In this document: one piece after another, positions 49,349 to 58,144 of the stretch
Position numbering within the stretch: position 1 is the first letter of the stretch
Layout: each line of letters begins with the position of its first letter
IMG/VR virus record: IMGVR_UViG_3300008107_000002
Direction: 5' to 3' (one strand)
DNA length: 64,000 nt
From: a virus
Lineage: Duplodnaviria > Heunggongvirae > Uroviricota > Caudoviricetes
The notes under the pieces: model-generated
Database searches by the model: none
The model's input: the letters and a program-made list of their open reading frames with translations, nothing else
Told to the model about the DNA's origin: nothing
Program-made: the position numbers and the translations under genes

Positions 49349-50431
49349 TTAACCTTCCATTGCTTGGATAATGTATTTTCCGTACTTGTCATGGAACTTG
49401 TCAAAATGTTGCAATTTACTTGCATCAAATGGTAGATTGTAGTTAGTCAATGCTACCTTGGCACCCATAACAACCAATTCAGTCGGAAAGTTTTCCATCA
49501 TAAACTTAAAGAAATTGTCTGCTAGTGCATCCCAATTTTTTACCTTTTTCTCGTCTGCACTCTGCAATTCATAGCAAAGGCTAATAGTCAACGAGTACAT
49601 TGCAGAGATTTCTTTAATGGTAACTTTTTCAATTTTACCAGACAAGATGTCTTCTGGCTTGGGCATTTGTTTTGCTACTTTACGGTGAGCCATGAACTTA
49701 ACAGCAAGACCTTCACCGATTGCTCCAGCAACTAAATCAGTCAATGTATTTTCTGGCAAACCATCATCTGATAGCAATTCAGAAACAAAAGACCAACTGC
49801 GAGGAGTGGCAAATGAGCGGCTTCCACCCTTTGGATCAAAGTCGTAAAGGTCCTGTTTAGCAAATCCAACATAGCCAACAACCTGCTCGTGAACACGATT
49901 CAAAGTAGCCCAATTGAGCCAATCTTCGTAATCTGTTTTAAGCTCCAAGTGAACAAAACGGTTAGCCAGCGGAGCAGGCATACGATAAGTAACACCTTTG
50001 TCAGTTTCACGGTTACCTGCGGCAACAATACTTACGCCTTTTGGCAATTTGTAAGTACCAACACGACGATTCAAAATAAGTTGATAAGCCGCGGCCTGTG
50101 TAGCAGGAGCCGCTGAGTTAAGTTCGTCTAGGAAGAGGATAGCAGTTGAGTCTGGATCGGAAGGAAGTTCCTGGGGCGGTGCCCAGCTCATAGTGTTAAG
50201 TTGAGTATTATAAAATGGAATACCTTTAATATCTGTAGGTTCCCAAAGACTCAATCGAACGTCAATTACTTCACGATCTTGTTCGTCTCCGAGTTGTTTA
50301 ATAATATCGGATTTACCAATACCAGGGGGGCCCCACATGAATACAGGACGATTAACTTTCATAGCAAATCGGACAGCCGCTTTAGCTTCATTAGGACTAA
50401 CGGTACGATTTGCGCTCATTTTTTCTGCCAT
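49349..50431 (-). CDS. MoxR/CobS-like AAA+ ATPase
   Basis: Walker A GPPGIGKS, Walker B LFLDE, AAGNR, PLANRF. Confidence 0.92.
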   Translation of the reverse strand: MAEKMSANRTVSPNEAKAAVRFAMKVNRPVFMWGPPGIGKSDIIKQLGDEQDREVIDVRLSLWEPTDIKGIPFYNTQLNTMSWAPPQELPSDPDSTAILFLDELNSAAPATQAAAYQLILNRRVGTYKLPKGVSIVAAGNRETDKGVTYRMPAPLANRFVHLELKTDYEDWLNWATLNRVHEQVVGYVGFAKQDLYDFDPKGGSRSFATPRSWSFVSELLSDDGLPENTLTDLVAGAIGEGLAVKFMAHRKVAKQMPKPEDILSGKIEKVTIKEISAMYSLTISLCYELQSADEKKVKNWDALADNFFKFMMENFPTELVVMGAKVALTNYNLPFDASKLQHFDKFHDKYGKYIIQAMEG

Positions 50432-50477
50432 TTTGTGCCTTTCTAAAAAACAGTACAGAATTGTTTGCTGTTATATT

Positions 50478-50506
50478 ATTGTAGCGTAAAACAGTCAGAG
50501 TGTCAA
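50478..50506 (-). promoter_or_regulatory. Sigma70-type promoter TTGACA-17-TACAAT
   Basis: Consensus boxes upstream of the AAA gene. Confidence 0.85.
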
Positions 50507-50901
50507 TCTATTTTTGTGTTGTATTTTTGCGACATCTCTTTTGATTTAGTGTATTTTTTTATGTCGCCACCGAATAGTACCAATTGGACAGCAGTTTTTT
50601 CTGCAAAAACTTTAATGTATTTTCTGGTAAGAAAATATGGACCGCTGATAGTCCTATCTAAATCTAAAAATAATTTATTATGGAAATTTTCTATTGGTTT
50701 TGGAAAGTCAACCTGATACGATTTTAAACCTAATTTTTGTTCAAAATCATCTAAACCTCTTTCTGTTAACCTCATACTATTGGTGCCGTTGTCTCTAGGA
50801 TTAAGCCACCAAAGTAAATACCAACTTTTGAGTTGCTTCTCATTCACAACAACATTAAGTTCATTGAGAAGTGTTTTAGTTAGTTGGAGTTTTTGATTCA
50901 T
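50503..50901 (-). CDS. Hypothetical protein
   Basis: 132-aa ORF in the operon. Confidence 0.7.
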   Translation of the reverse strand: MNQKLQLTKTLLNELNVVVNEKQLKSWYLLWWLNPRDNGTNSMRLTERGLDDFEQKLGLKSYQVDFPKPIENFHNKLFLDLDRTISGPYFLTRKYIKVFAEKTAVQLVLFGGDIKKYTKSKEMSQKYNTKID

Positions 50902-51187
50902 CGCTTTCTACTTTTTCTCCAGTAGTTAGCTTATAGACAGAAAAATCTTTACAATTAAATAATTTGTTAAGTTTTTCGGCTAGATTAAAGGCATGTCCAG
51001 AGTTAGAAAAACTTACTTTTTTATATTTTGGTCCAAGATTTTGGGCTATAAAACTAGTGGTTTTTAGATTAACTGGCCTATCATTATAAAAAACTGCCCA
51101 AATGGCATCAGCTTCTAGAACCTGTTCTGTTTTGTAATTTTTTTTGTTTGTTAGTTCTAACAAAACTTTTGGTTTTGGTCTAGACAT
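50876..51187 (-). CDS. Hypothetical basic protein (late-controlled)
   Basis: 103 aa, MSRPKP...GPKYKKVSFSN; GGAG SD. Confidence 0.75.
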   Translation of the reverse strand: MSRPKPKVLLELTNKKNYKTEQVLEADAIWAVFYNDRPVNLKTTSFIAQNLGPKYKKVSFSNSGHAFNLAEKLNKLFNCKDFSVYKLTTGEKVESDESKTPTN

Positions 51188-51188
51188 A

Positions 51189-51223
51189 ATATATGCGCTC
51201 CGAATTTAGTACGCATATATTTA
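51189..51223 (-). promoter_or_regulatory. Late promoter overlapping a 9-bp RBS-occluding hairpin
   Basis: ATATATGCG-14nt-CGCATATAT ending 1 nt before the ATG; TAAATA at 51218-51223. Confidence 0.7.
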
Positions 51224-51232
51224 GTTGAAAAA

Positions 51233-51448
51233 TTAAAAATTTCCACCATCCATCTTTACTTGGACAGCGGTGTTTTCGGGCGGTCTAGAAGGACCATCTC
51301 CTGCTAATCTTGTCATTGTTACCGCTAAACTGTCCACTAAAGATTGTACTTCTTTAATGTCTAAAGTAAGATTTCTCTGATTGCTTTTAATAGCTATTCG
51401 AGCTTTGTCTAAAAAATTTTCAATTGGTGCAGTATTAAGATAGTTCAT
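51233..51448 (-). CDS. Hypothetical protein
   Basis: 71-aa ORF overlapping the upstream gene. Confidence 0.65.
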   Translation of the reverse strand: MNYLNTAPIENFLDKARIAIKSNQRNLTLDIKEVQSLVDSLAVTMTRLAGDGPSRPPENTAVQVKMDGGNF

Positions 51449-51929
51449 TTTTTTTACTCATTAAAACAAGCATTTGTTTCATTTCATCTTCAGTTCTAAA
51501 CGGACCTTTAAAAACATATCGTTCTAAAGTAATTAGTTTTGGGCAGAAACTTTTTACCCAACCTTTGCGGAATTTAATAACATAATATCCTGCACAATAT
51601 AGGCTCTTACTTTTGTTACTCTTTGCATAGATTGGTAATTTTTTCTTTATGTTATATACAGGATTGTGGGGCCTACTACCGCACGGAAACTCATATACAT
51701 TGTGTGTTAAGTCGATATTTTTAAGTACTTTGATATTTTTTTCAATTTCTTCCGTTACCGAAATTCCAAATGTATCTCTTATTTCTGATTTAGTCTGAAT
51801 ATCAATTTTTTGACCTTTACGATAGAAACTAAAACCTTTCTTTTCTTTATTCAAAGTTCCTAATTTCTTACCACCATCCTCGACAATCCATACTTTATTA
51901 GGTACTAAAACTTTAGCAACGGCGCTCAT
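51435..51929 (-). CDS. Hypothetical protein
   Basis: 164-aa basic ORF coupled to the nuclease gene. Confidence 0.75.
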   Translation of the reverse strand: MSAVAKVLVPNKVWIVEDGGKKLGTLNKEKKGFSFYRKGQKIDIQTKSEIRDTFGISVTEEIEKNIKVLKNIDLTHNVYEFPCGSRPHNPVYNIKKKLPIYAKSNKSKSLYCAGYYVIKFRKGWVKSFCPKLITLERYVFKGPFRTEDEMKQMLVLMSKKNELS

Positions 51930-52912
51930 AATGTATACCTCGCATTTAATGGTTCTGCATAAATCTGTACATTGTCGCTTACTTTTTGTAAATCGTATTC
52001 TGCACAGAATTTTAAAAGTTTAAATCCAACTTGTGAAACATTTTTTGTTTTATGTTCTTTGTTATCAATTACACTATTAATAATTTCTTTGATCTCAGCT
52101 GGTTGGGCTGTGAGGTCACATAATAGTTTATTTCGAGTATAGTCATCTAATACTTTATGTTCGACACCTTCGTGGTCAGTCCAGCGCTGAAGCATCATGT
52201 TGTTCCAAGAATAGCCTTTTGTTCCTCTGTCGGCAAAGGCCTCACGGAGACCAACTTTATTCTTTGTCCCTTTCTCACGTACTCCCGGATAAGCACTAAA
52301 GATATTGTCGGAGGTGTCGCCACGCATACACTTCTCAAAAAGTAACCATTCTGGGTCCGGCGCGGGCTTGACTTGTTTAGTTTTCTTATCAACGATAGGC
52401 TTACCCTTCTCATCAAAATACCCCTCATGTGTAGTTGTAATACCCATGACTCCGTTATATTGTTTAACATTTGGAGCAATAAGTTGTGCAAAGTCGCCGT
52501 CTGTTGAAATGATAACATGGTTATCGTTTGGATGACTCTGTATCCACCCTGCAATAAGATCGTCTGCTTCTAGTTGAGCATGTTGCAAAACTGTACAATT
52601 AGTTTTACTTTCAATAAATTCTTTAAATTTATCAAAAGTTTCCCAAAATAATTTTTCTTCTTCTGCTTCTCGGGGACTATGTGCGGCACGGGCATCACTC
52701 CGATTTCTTTTATAAGGTGCATAATGATCTTTGCGCCAGCTACGCCCCTCTAGGCAAAATACCACATGGGTGCCGTTAAAATCTTTCCATGCTTTTTTAA
52801 TAGAAGCAAGGATAATGTGCATAGCCATACCGACTTTTTCATCAGCGTCGCCTCTTACTACATGCCTTGCACGAAAGAATGTATTTGCGGTATCTACAAG
52901 AATATAACTCAT
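51926..52912 (-). CDS. rnh: 5'-3' exonuclease / flap endonuclease (T4 RNase H-like)
   Basis: ILVDTAN, YKRNR, LEADDLIA, ISTDGDF and GDTSDNI motifs. Confidence 0.9.
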   Translation of the reverse strand: MSYILVDTANTFFRARHVVRGDADEKVGMAMHIILASIKKAWKDFNGTHVVFCLEGRSWRKDHYAPYKRNRSDARAAHSPREAEEEKLFWETFDKFKEFIESKTNCTVLQHAQLEADDLIAGWIQSHPNDNHVIISTDGDFAQLIAPNVKQYNGVMGITTTHEGYFDEKGKPIVDKKTKQVKPAPDPEWLLFEKCMRGDTSDNIFSAYPGVREKGTKNKVGLREAFADRGTKGYSWNNMMLQRWTDHEGVEHKVLDDYTRNKLLCDLTAQPAEIKEIINSVIDNKEHKTKNVSQVGFKLLKFCAEYDLQKVSDNVQIYAEPLNARYTL

Positions 52913-53349
52913 TAGCCTATCTCTGACTTTCCGTCACCTAGATTGTTTACATTAACATAACCAGAACCACGTCTGTCCATATTAACCCCTGCTTCGGCTC
53001 CTACATTTCGGCAAAGCTCTTGAAACCATAGATCAACTATTTCTTCTTCGCTCTGCCCTTGAAAGCCGTTAAGTCTTAATTGTACTATAAAATGCTCATT
53101 CCAGTCAAGTTCAAAGAATCCGTTCCTTACATTATCTGCATTAACTTTAGTTTCTAATACAGCAACATACGGTTCTCCTTTTTCGTTTGCTAGTTCTTTT
53201 GGAGATAACTTTGAAATACGTTCTTTTTCGGCTGCTTCGGCAATAACTACTTCTGCTTTAACTGTTGCTTCTTGTAATTTTTTTTCTGCTTCGGCTGTTA
53301 ATGCTTCTATTTTATCAATACCAAATATTTTTTTAATAAACTTTTTCAT
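52912..53349 (-). CDS. Hypothetical protein
   Basis: Likely start MKKFIKK at 53349 (TAATG overlap with the queE stop). Confidence 0.75.
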   Translation of the reverse strand: MKKFIKKIFGIDKIEALTAEAEKKLQEATVKAEVVIAEAAEKERISKLSPKELANEKGEPYVAVLETKVNADNVRNGFFELDWNEHFIVQLRLNGFQGQSEEEIVDLWFQELCRNVGAEAGVNMDRRGSGYVNVNNLGDGKSEIG

Positions 53350-54191
53350 TAAGTTCCCCATTCGTTCTTGAAGAGCGGCACTTGTAGTCTATCACTATAC
53401 CGCCATCCTTTTCGCATTGCCATTTCTGCCACTGCACGATTGTTAAGGGTATACACCCGCTCAACCCCGCCAATGGGCATAATATAAACAGGACCTGTGA
53501 ACCCCGCAATACGATACTCTTCAACTGCTCGTTCAGCATCTTTAAGGTCCTCCTCTGTTGCCACAACAAATTTCAAATACACATATCCGTAATTTTGATA
53601 GTCACAGACTACCTCAGGCTTGATTGCATCTTTCCAAGGCTCACCTGAACAAGGCAGTTTAGCACTTACGCTAAAAGTAATTTCTCTTTCATCACTGCCA
53701 TAAGTCCAGTCTGTTAAAAACTCTTTAAACCCACTAGTTAACCGCATAGTGCCATTTGTTTCAAATGTAATTTCTTTAAGACTAGACATCTTTGGATGTG
53801 ATAGTAATTCTGGAAATTGTTTTTGCCAACCTAGCAAAGGTTCACCACCTGTGATGACAAGATGTTCATCACGCCATTCCCCGTGCGGCAACATATCTAT
53901 GATTCCGTCAGCAATAGCATCTGTTGAAAGTAGGGGACTGAGGTCTTTAAAACGTGGGTCCCAAGAAGCATAACTATCGCAACCAGTACTAACAAGGGGT
54001 AGTTCACGATATGTTTTAAATTCTAATGGATTAATATTATTTGCTTCTTCGCTTAATTCACCTCTTGGCATACCAAATCCTTGGCATTTAAAATTACAGC
54101 CGAATGTGCGTAAGAAAACGGAAGGTACACCCATGTATCTTCCTTCACCTTGTATTGAATAGAATAACTCTGATATTTTAATTTTGCTCAT
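53349..54191 (-). CDS. queE: 7-carboxy-7-deazaguanine synthase (radical SAM QueE)
   Basis: ELFYSIQGEG..G.PSVFLRTFGCNFKC, ITGGEP, ETNGT, SDRLQ. Confidence 0.9.
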   Translation of the reverse strand: MSKIKISELFYSIQGEGRYMGVPSVFLRTFGCNFKCQGFGMPRGELSEEANNINPLEFKTYRELPLVSTGCDSYASWDPRFKDLSPLLSTDAIADGIIDMLPHGEWRDEHLVITGGEPLLGWQKQFPELLSHPKMSSLKEITFETNGTMRLTSGFKEFLTDWTYGSDEREITFSVSAKLPCSGEPWKDAIKPEVVCDYQNYGYVYLKFVVATEEDLKDAERAVEEYRIAGFTGPVYIMPIGGVERVYTLNNRAVAEMAMRKGWRYSDRLQVPLFKNEWGT

Positions 54192-54477
54192 AAATGTTTG
54201 ACCATATTTTTAATTTTTCAATTTTTGCTTGCTTGGCAGTATTTAGACCTGTATCGCTAACAACATTATAATATTTTAACAGATCTATCATCGCAAGTAA
54301 ATCCCCAATTTCGCCTTCTAAATGTTGAGCATTAGTTAACGGCTTTCCGGGTTTTGCATTATCTAATCCGAATCGGAAACATTTACTCACAGCTTGTGTA
54401 ACTTCCGCACATTCTTCTTGAGTGATTAATAATACTTCTCTTAATTGATTGTTCATATCAGTTGTCGCTTTATCCAT
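54178..54477 (-). CDS. MazG-like nucleotide pyrophosphohydrolase
   Basis: QEECAE...EGEIGDLL all-alpha NTPase motif. Confidence 0.8.
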   Translation of the reverse strand: MDKATTDMNNQLREVLLITQEECAEVTQAVSKCFRFGLDNAKPGKPLTNAQHLEGEIGDLLAMIDLLKYYNVVSDTGLNTAKQAKIEKLKIWSNIYEQN

Positions 54478-54949
54478 TTTTTGCTCTTTCTGTTAAGTAA
54501 GTGTCGTTATGAATCCATTTGTTCTTAACTAAAAATCCCCATTCTCTTTTTTGAGGACCCGGCATAAACAATGTCCACGCAGTCACGTTAGGATCGAGCT
54601 CAATGCGGTGATAACTGGTAGCGGAACAGATGCGAAAATGTCCTGGACCGCACCACTTACTAACTTCTCCGATTTTTCTACCTACTGTATCAAAAACTGG
54701 TGTCCATTCATAATATCCACCTTTAAGGATAAGTGTAGCATAAGGCCAAGGATGATCATGAACATCATCTGGATCTGACTTGAGAAACTTGTGCAGGAAC
54801 ACATTAAATGGAAACTGTTTGCGTTCTTTTAAAAAAAGATAGTACCGTACAAGATAGGGTTCGTTGTTTACCCTATCCATAATAAGTCTTTTTCTACCTA
54901 GCCTTTCTAACACCCTTAAAAACCATTTCATTTGCAAGTCTCCAGCCAT
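54470..54949 (-). CDS. Cupin-fold protein
   Basis: HDHPW...GGYYE...HRIEL metal-binding cupin motifs; the true start may be MKWF, a few codons in. Confidence 0.7.
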   Translation of the reverse strand: MAGDLQMKWFLRVLERLGRKRLIMDRVNNEPYLVRYYLFLKERKQFPFNVFLHKFLKSDPDDVHDHPWPYATLILKGGYYEWTPVFDTVGRKIGEVSKWCGPGHFRICSATSYHRIELDPNVTAWTLFMPGPQKREWGFLVKNKWIHNDTYLTERAKNG

Positions 54950-55143
54950 TCATGTAAACGAGTTACCGCTTCGTTAAAGTCAACACCGTACACCTTTGCC
55001 GACATGATGCTTCCTGTAATTTCTATATCAAATGGTACCACACCATTAAATTGAAAATCTTCTGGGACTTCTGTTTCGACAATAAATTCTTGTAAATGTT
55101 TTGCTCTAAAAATAAGGTTATTAGCCATGTCTACGGAATTCAT
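54928..55143 (-). CDS. Hypothetical protein
   Basis: 71-aa ORF in the operon. Confidence 0.65.
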   Translation of the reverse strand: MNSVDMANNLIFRAKHLQEFIVETEVPEDFQFNGVVPFDIEITGSIMSAKVYGVDFNEAVTRLHEWLETCK

Positions 55144-55152
55144 ATTTTTTCC

Positions 55153-56100
55153 TTAATTGGGTGGGTAACATTCAAACAGTGGCAGATCACTACCTATTTG
55201 GTCAATTTCGTTAAATTGATAATTGTATTTTTCTAAATCTCTAACAATTTTTTTAATAATTAAATCTCTAGTAGTATGAATAGTATCATGCGGTTCAATA
55301 ATTATTTTAGGTTGACATTTATTAAAGAATTCTTTATCTTCAAAAATAACTTCTTCAGCACCTTCGATATCACACTTAATAAAATCTACACGACTTAAAT
55401 TTTTTAATTTTACTAATTCAGAAAGAGTATATGAATTAATTTTTTCATTTTGACCCCCTCGGAATTCAGGAACACCTACAATGGATACCGCAGATGATCC
55501 CATACTACCCTCTGATGAAAATTCTATTCCATTGTTATGATTCCACATTGCTCCGTACACTAGATCAATGCTAGAATTTGTAATATTTTTATAAAGTTTA
55601 AAATTCTTTTCTATTGCATCAATATTTTGCCGATCAGCTTCTACTGCAATAACTGTACCCTCATGTCCTACTAGATCTTTAAACAATATAGAGGTTAATC
55701 CCGAATATGCTCCGAGATCAAGTACTACATCTCTAGGTTTTAATTTGGCAAATTCTAAATATTGATTTGTAGCAAAGATGGGTTCAGCTATGGCAGGAAA
55801 ATAAATTGGATGGCGATCGTATCCTATAACATCGTGATACTTTGGCTCTGAAAAATCTACTATTTCTTTGTCAGCATACACTAATGGAGCAACTGATTTA
55901 AAATAAAAATCAAATTCTAAAATTATTCCATAAAGATAAATCATATGATGCACGCCTAGTCTTAATATTTGAGAACCCTTTCTTAATTCTATATCGTGCG
56001 CCGATGCAACAATTTCTATTCCTAACAATGATGCAGATTGCGTTGCAGGATGATTATAATTGTATCGATATAATTCTTCTATGGTCGATAATTTTTTCAT
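55153..56100 (-). CDS. FkbM-family SAM methyltransferase
   Basis: VLDLGAYSG, AVEAD and FIKCDIEGAE motifs. Confidence 0.88.
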   Translation of the reverse strand: MKKLSTIEELYRYNYNHPATQSASLLGIEIVASAHDIELRKGSQILRLGVHHMIYLYGIILEFDFYFKSVAPLVYADKEIVDFSEPKYHDVIGYDRHPIYFPAIAEPIFATNQYLEFAKLKPRDVVLDLGAYSGLTSILFKDLVGHEGTVIAVEADRQNIDAIEKNFKLYKNITNSSIDLVYGAMWNHNNGIEFSSEGSMGSSAVSIVGVPEFRGGQNEKINSYTLSELVKLKNLSRVDFIKCDIEGAEEVIFEDKEFFNKCQPKIIIEPHDTIHTTRDLIIKKIVRDLEKYNYQFNEIDQIGSDLPLFECYPPN

Positions 56101-56324
56101 TATTTTTTTGTTTTATTTTTTACACTGTCAATAGCCTCACGTACATCACGTGCCAGTGCTTCGTCGTCCCATTCTAGTTCTGTGCGTCCATCTGGATGGG
56201 TTGTTACAGTAAGGTGACTACCTTTAACTACGGTAGTTTCTTTTGGAAACACTAATTTAGCACTGCCTATAGTACCAGGCATTTCTAATTTAATATCAGT
56301 TGATTTCTTTTTACGGGTTGCCAT
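56100..56324 (-). CDS. Hypothetical protein
   Basis: 74 aa, GAGGAG SD. Confidence 0.7.
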   Translation of the reverse strand: MATRKKKSTDIKLEMPGTIGSAKLVFPKETTVVKGSHLTVTTHPDGRTELEWDDEALARDVREAIDSVKNKTKK

Positions 56325-56325
56325 A

Positions 56326-56448
56326 TTAAACTCCTCTATAAACTATTCTATATTGAGAAGCAGGATAATTTTCCTGCAGCCATTCTAGTAATCCGGGCTC
56401 ATACGGTACCCGTATGCTGTCGTATTTGTTGGTAATATAATGTGTCAT
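56326..56448 (-). CDS. Unannotated 40-aa small protein
   Basis: ATG overlaps the folE TGA; MTHYITNKYDSIRVPYEPGLLEWLQENYPASQYRIVYRGV* fills the gap exactly. Confidence 0.6.
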   Translation of the reverse strand: MTHYITNKYDSIRVPYEPGLLEWLQENYPASQYRIVYRGV

Positions 56449-57284
56449 CGCGGTGCAAACTCTTGTTGTAACTTGATGTTATCAAAGAACTCTTTCTTCG
56501 TATTACCATCGGTGTTAAATGCACCTTTAAGCACAGTTGTCTGTGTTAAACTTGAGTGTGCCATAATGCCGCGATTCTCACAACATCCGTGTACCGCTTG
56601 AATATAGACTGCTACGTTTTCTGAGTCGGTGGCCTTACTAATCTCACGTGCTATGTCATTACACAATTCTTCTTGTAGGGTACCTCGACGAGCACACCAT
56701 TGCGCGATCCTTGTGTATTTTGACAGTCCGATAAGTTTTTGGGCGGCGATGATTCCAATGTAGGCAACACCGCTAACAGGCTGATGATGATGGCTACACA
56801 TACTGCGAAGCTCACTACGAACCACAAGCATACCTTCATAACGATCCGCGGAATCGTTAGGGAAAGCCGTAGCATCTGGGGCTGTTTCATATCTACCTGC
56901 CATTATTTCGTTAAAGTACATTTTAGCAAGACGACGAGCTGTGCCTTTACTATTGGGGTCATTTTCACGATCAATTAACAAGCAGTCTAACACTTTTTCA
57001 AATGCTAGAGTTGTTTCTTTGATTAGCTCTTCTTTCATTTTGTCATCAATGTATTCACTGATGTTATCCCCGGCCCAGAACCTTTTACCATTACGTTTCA
57101 TTACAAAACCTAAATAGTTATGTGCTGTGCCTTCTTGATAGCCGCTATCACCGTACATTGCGTCCAGTGCTGTTTCTTTTTTAATATATACTTCTTTACC
57201 TAGAGGTGTATATTCTTCTGATTTGAATTCTGGTTTAATTCCAGCTTCAATTACTGGGTCAGGTACAAATTCTTTTTTTGTCAA
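56445..57284 (-). CDS. folE: GTP cyclohydrolase I
   Basis: RSMCSHH, GLSKYTR, LQEEL and HGCCENRG; TTG start with GGAG SD. Confidence 0.95.
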   Translation of the reverse strand: MTKKEFVPDPVIEAGIKPEFKSEEYTPLGKEVYIKKETALDAMYGDSGYQEGTAHNYLGFVMKRNGKRFWAGDNISEYIDDKMKEELIKETTLAFEKVLDCLLIDRENDPNSKGTARRLAKMYFNEIMAGRYETAPDATAFPNDSADRYEGMLVVRSELRSMCSHHHQPVSGVAYIGIIAAQKLIGLSKYTRIAQWCARRGTLQEELCNDIAREISKATDSENVAVYIQAVHGCCENRGIMAHSSLTQTTVLKGAFNTDGNTKKEFFDNIKLQQEFAPR

Positions 57285-57326
57285 TTATAATTCTCCGAGT
57301 TAACGTCGAGGATGACGTATATTGTA

Positions 57327-57355
57327 ATACTACGCTATTATTTAGGTTCTGTCAA
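57327..57355 (-). promoter_or_regulatory. Composite promoter: TTGACA-17-TAGTAT with TAAATA (57339-57344) inside the spacer
   Basis: Both elements read directly upstream of folE. Confidence 0.65.
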
Positions 57356-58144
57356 CCTTAATAATGTATTTTTCTTAACTGCCGCATTGAGCACTTCTAA
57401 ACTTTGACCATATTCTTCTGCCCATTTGAGTAATGCGGCAGTATCTTTTGGAAAACACATTCCTCCAAAACCCATAGCACCGTCTGGACCAGGCACCTTC
57501 ATATGACTTCCGCCAATTCGACTATCCATAGTAATCATGCTGGCAATTCTATTATAGTCAATGCCAGCAGTTGATGCTACTTTATATAATTCATTCATGA
57601 ATACTACTTTAGTAGACAAGAAACAATTAATAGCATATTTGGCAAGACTTGCTTCGGCGGCTGTTGAATATCGTATGTCTTTAAGACTAGCCTGTCCCCA
57701 TTTAATAATGCGTTCAGCTTCTCTTATATAAGCAGAAGTGCTTCCGCCAATAATGGCAAACGTGCCATTTGCATAATCTCTACTAGCATTGGCCGCCGTT
57801 AAGAATTCTGGTGCGTGTACAAGATTTTTATATTTTTTAGAAAGTGATTCGTAAACACTCGGGGGTGCAGTAGTCTTACTAATAATAACACCGCTGAAGT
57901 CTTTGAGCTTTTCTAATGTTTCTTCTAAAATACTTGTATCACAACTTCCGTCGTCATTGCTAGGGCTAGGAACACATACAAATACAGCCTCACAAGATGC
58001 AAGATCTTTGTAGGTGTGCGGTAATCCTTTTGGCGGATCCACTAAAATTAAATTACCAAAACCGTCCATCGAATCACGAATTGCACTACCAACAAATCCT
58101 AATCCTACAATTCCTATTTTAGGAAACTCATCTACAAAAATCAT
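57338..58144 (-). CDS. ugd: UDP-glucose/GDP-mannose dehydrogenase family, lacking the C-terminal domain
   Basis: GIVGLGFVG, KTTAPP, PEFL, KYAIN and catalytic GFGGMCFPKD; only 268 aa. Confidence 0.85.
   Translation of the reverse strand: MIFVDEFPKIGIVGLGFVGSAIRDSMDGFGNLILVDPPKGLPHTYKDLASCEAVFVCVPSPSNDDGSCDTSILEETLEKLKDFSGVIISKTTAPPSVYESLSKKYKNLVHAPEFLTAANASRDYANGTFAIIGGSTSAYIREAERIIKWGQASLKDIRYSTAAEASLAKYAINCFLSTKVVFMNELYKVASTAGIDYNRIASMITMDSRIGGSHMKVPGPDGAMGFGGMCFPKDTAALLKWAEEYGQSLEVLNAAVKKNTLLRLTEPK

Noticed and set aside
53333-53569. 78-aa alternate-frame ORF with a lipoprotein-like LAGLSGC
   Set aside because: Lies within queE on the same strand in another frame, with no start signals and no adjacent spanin or lysis context.
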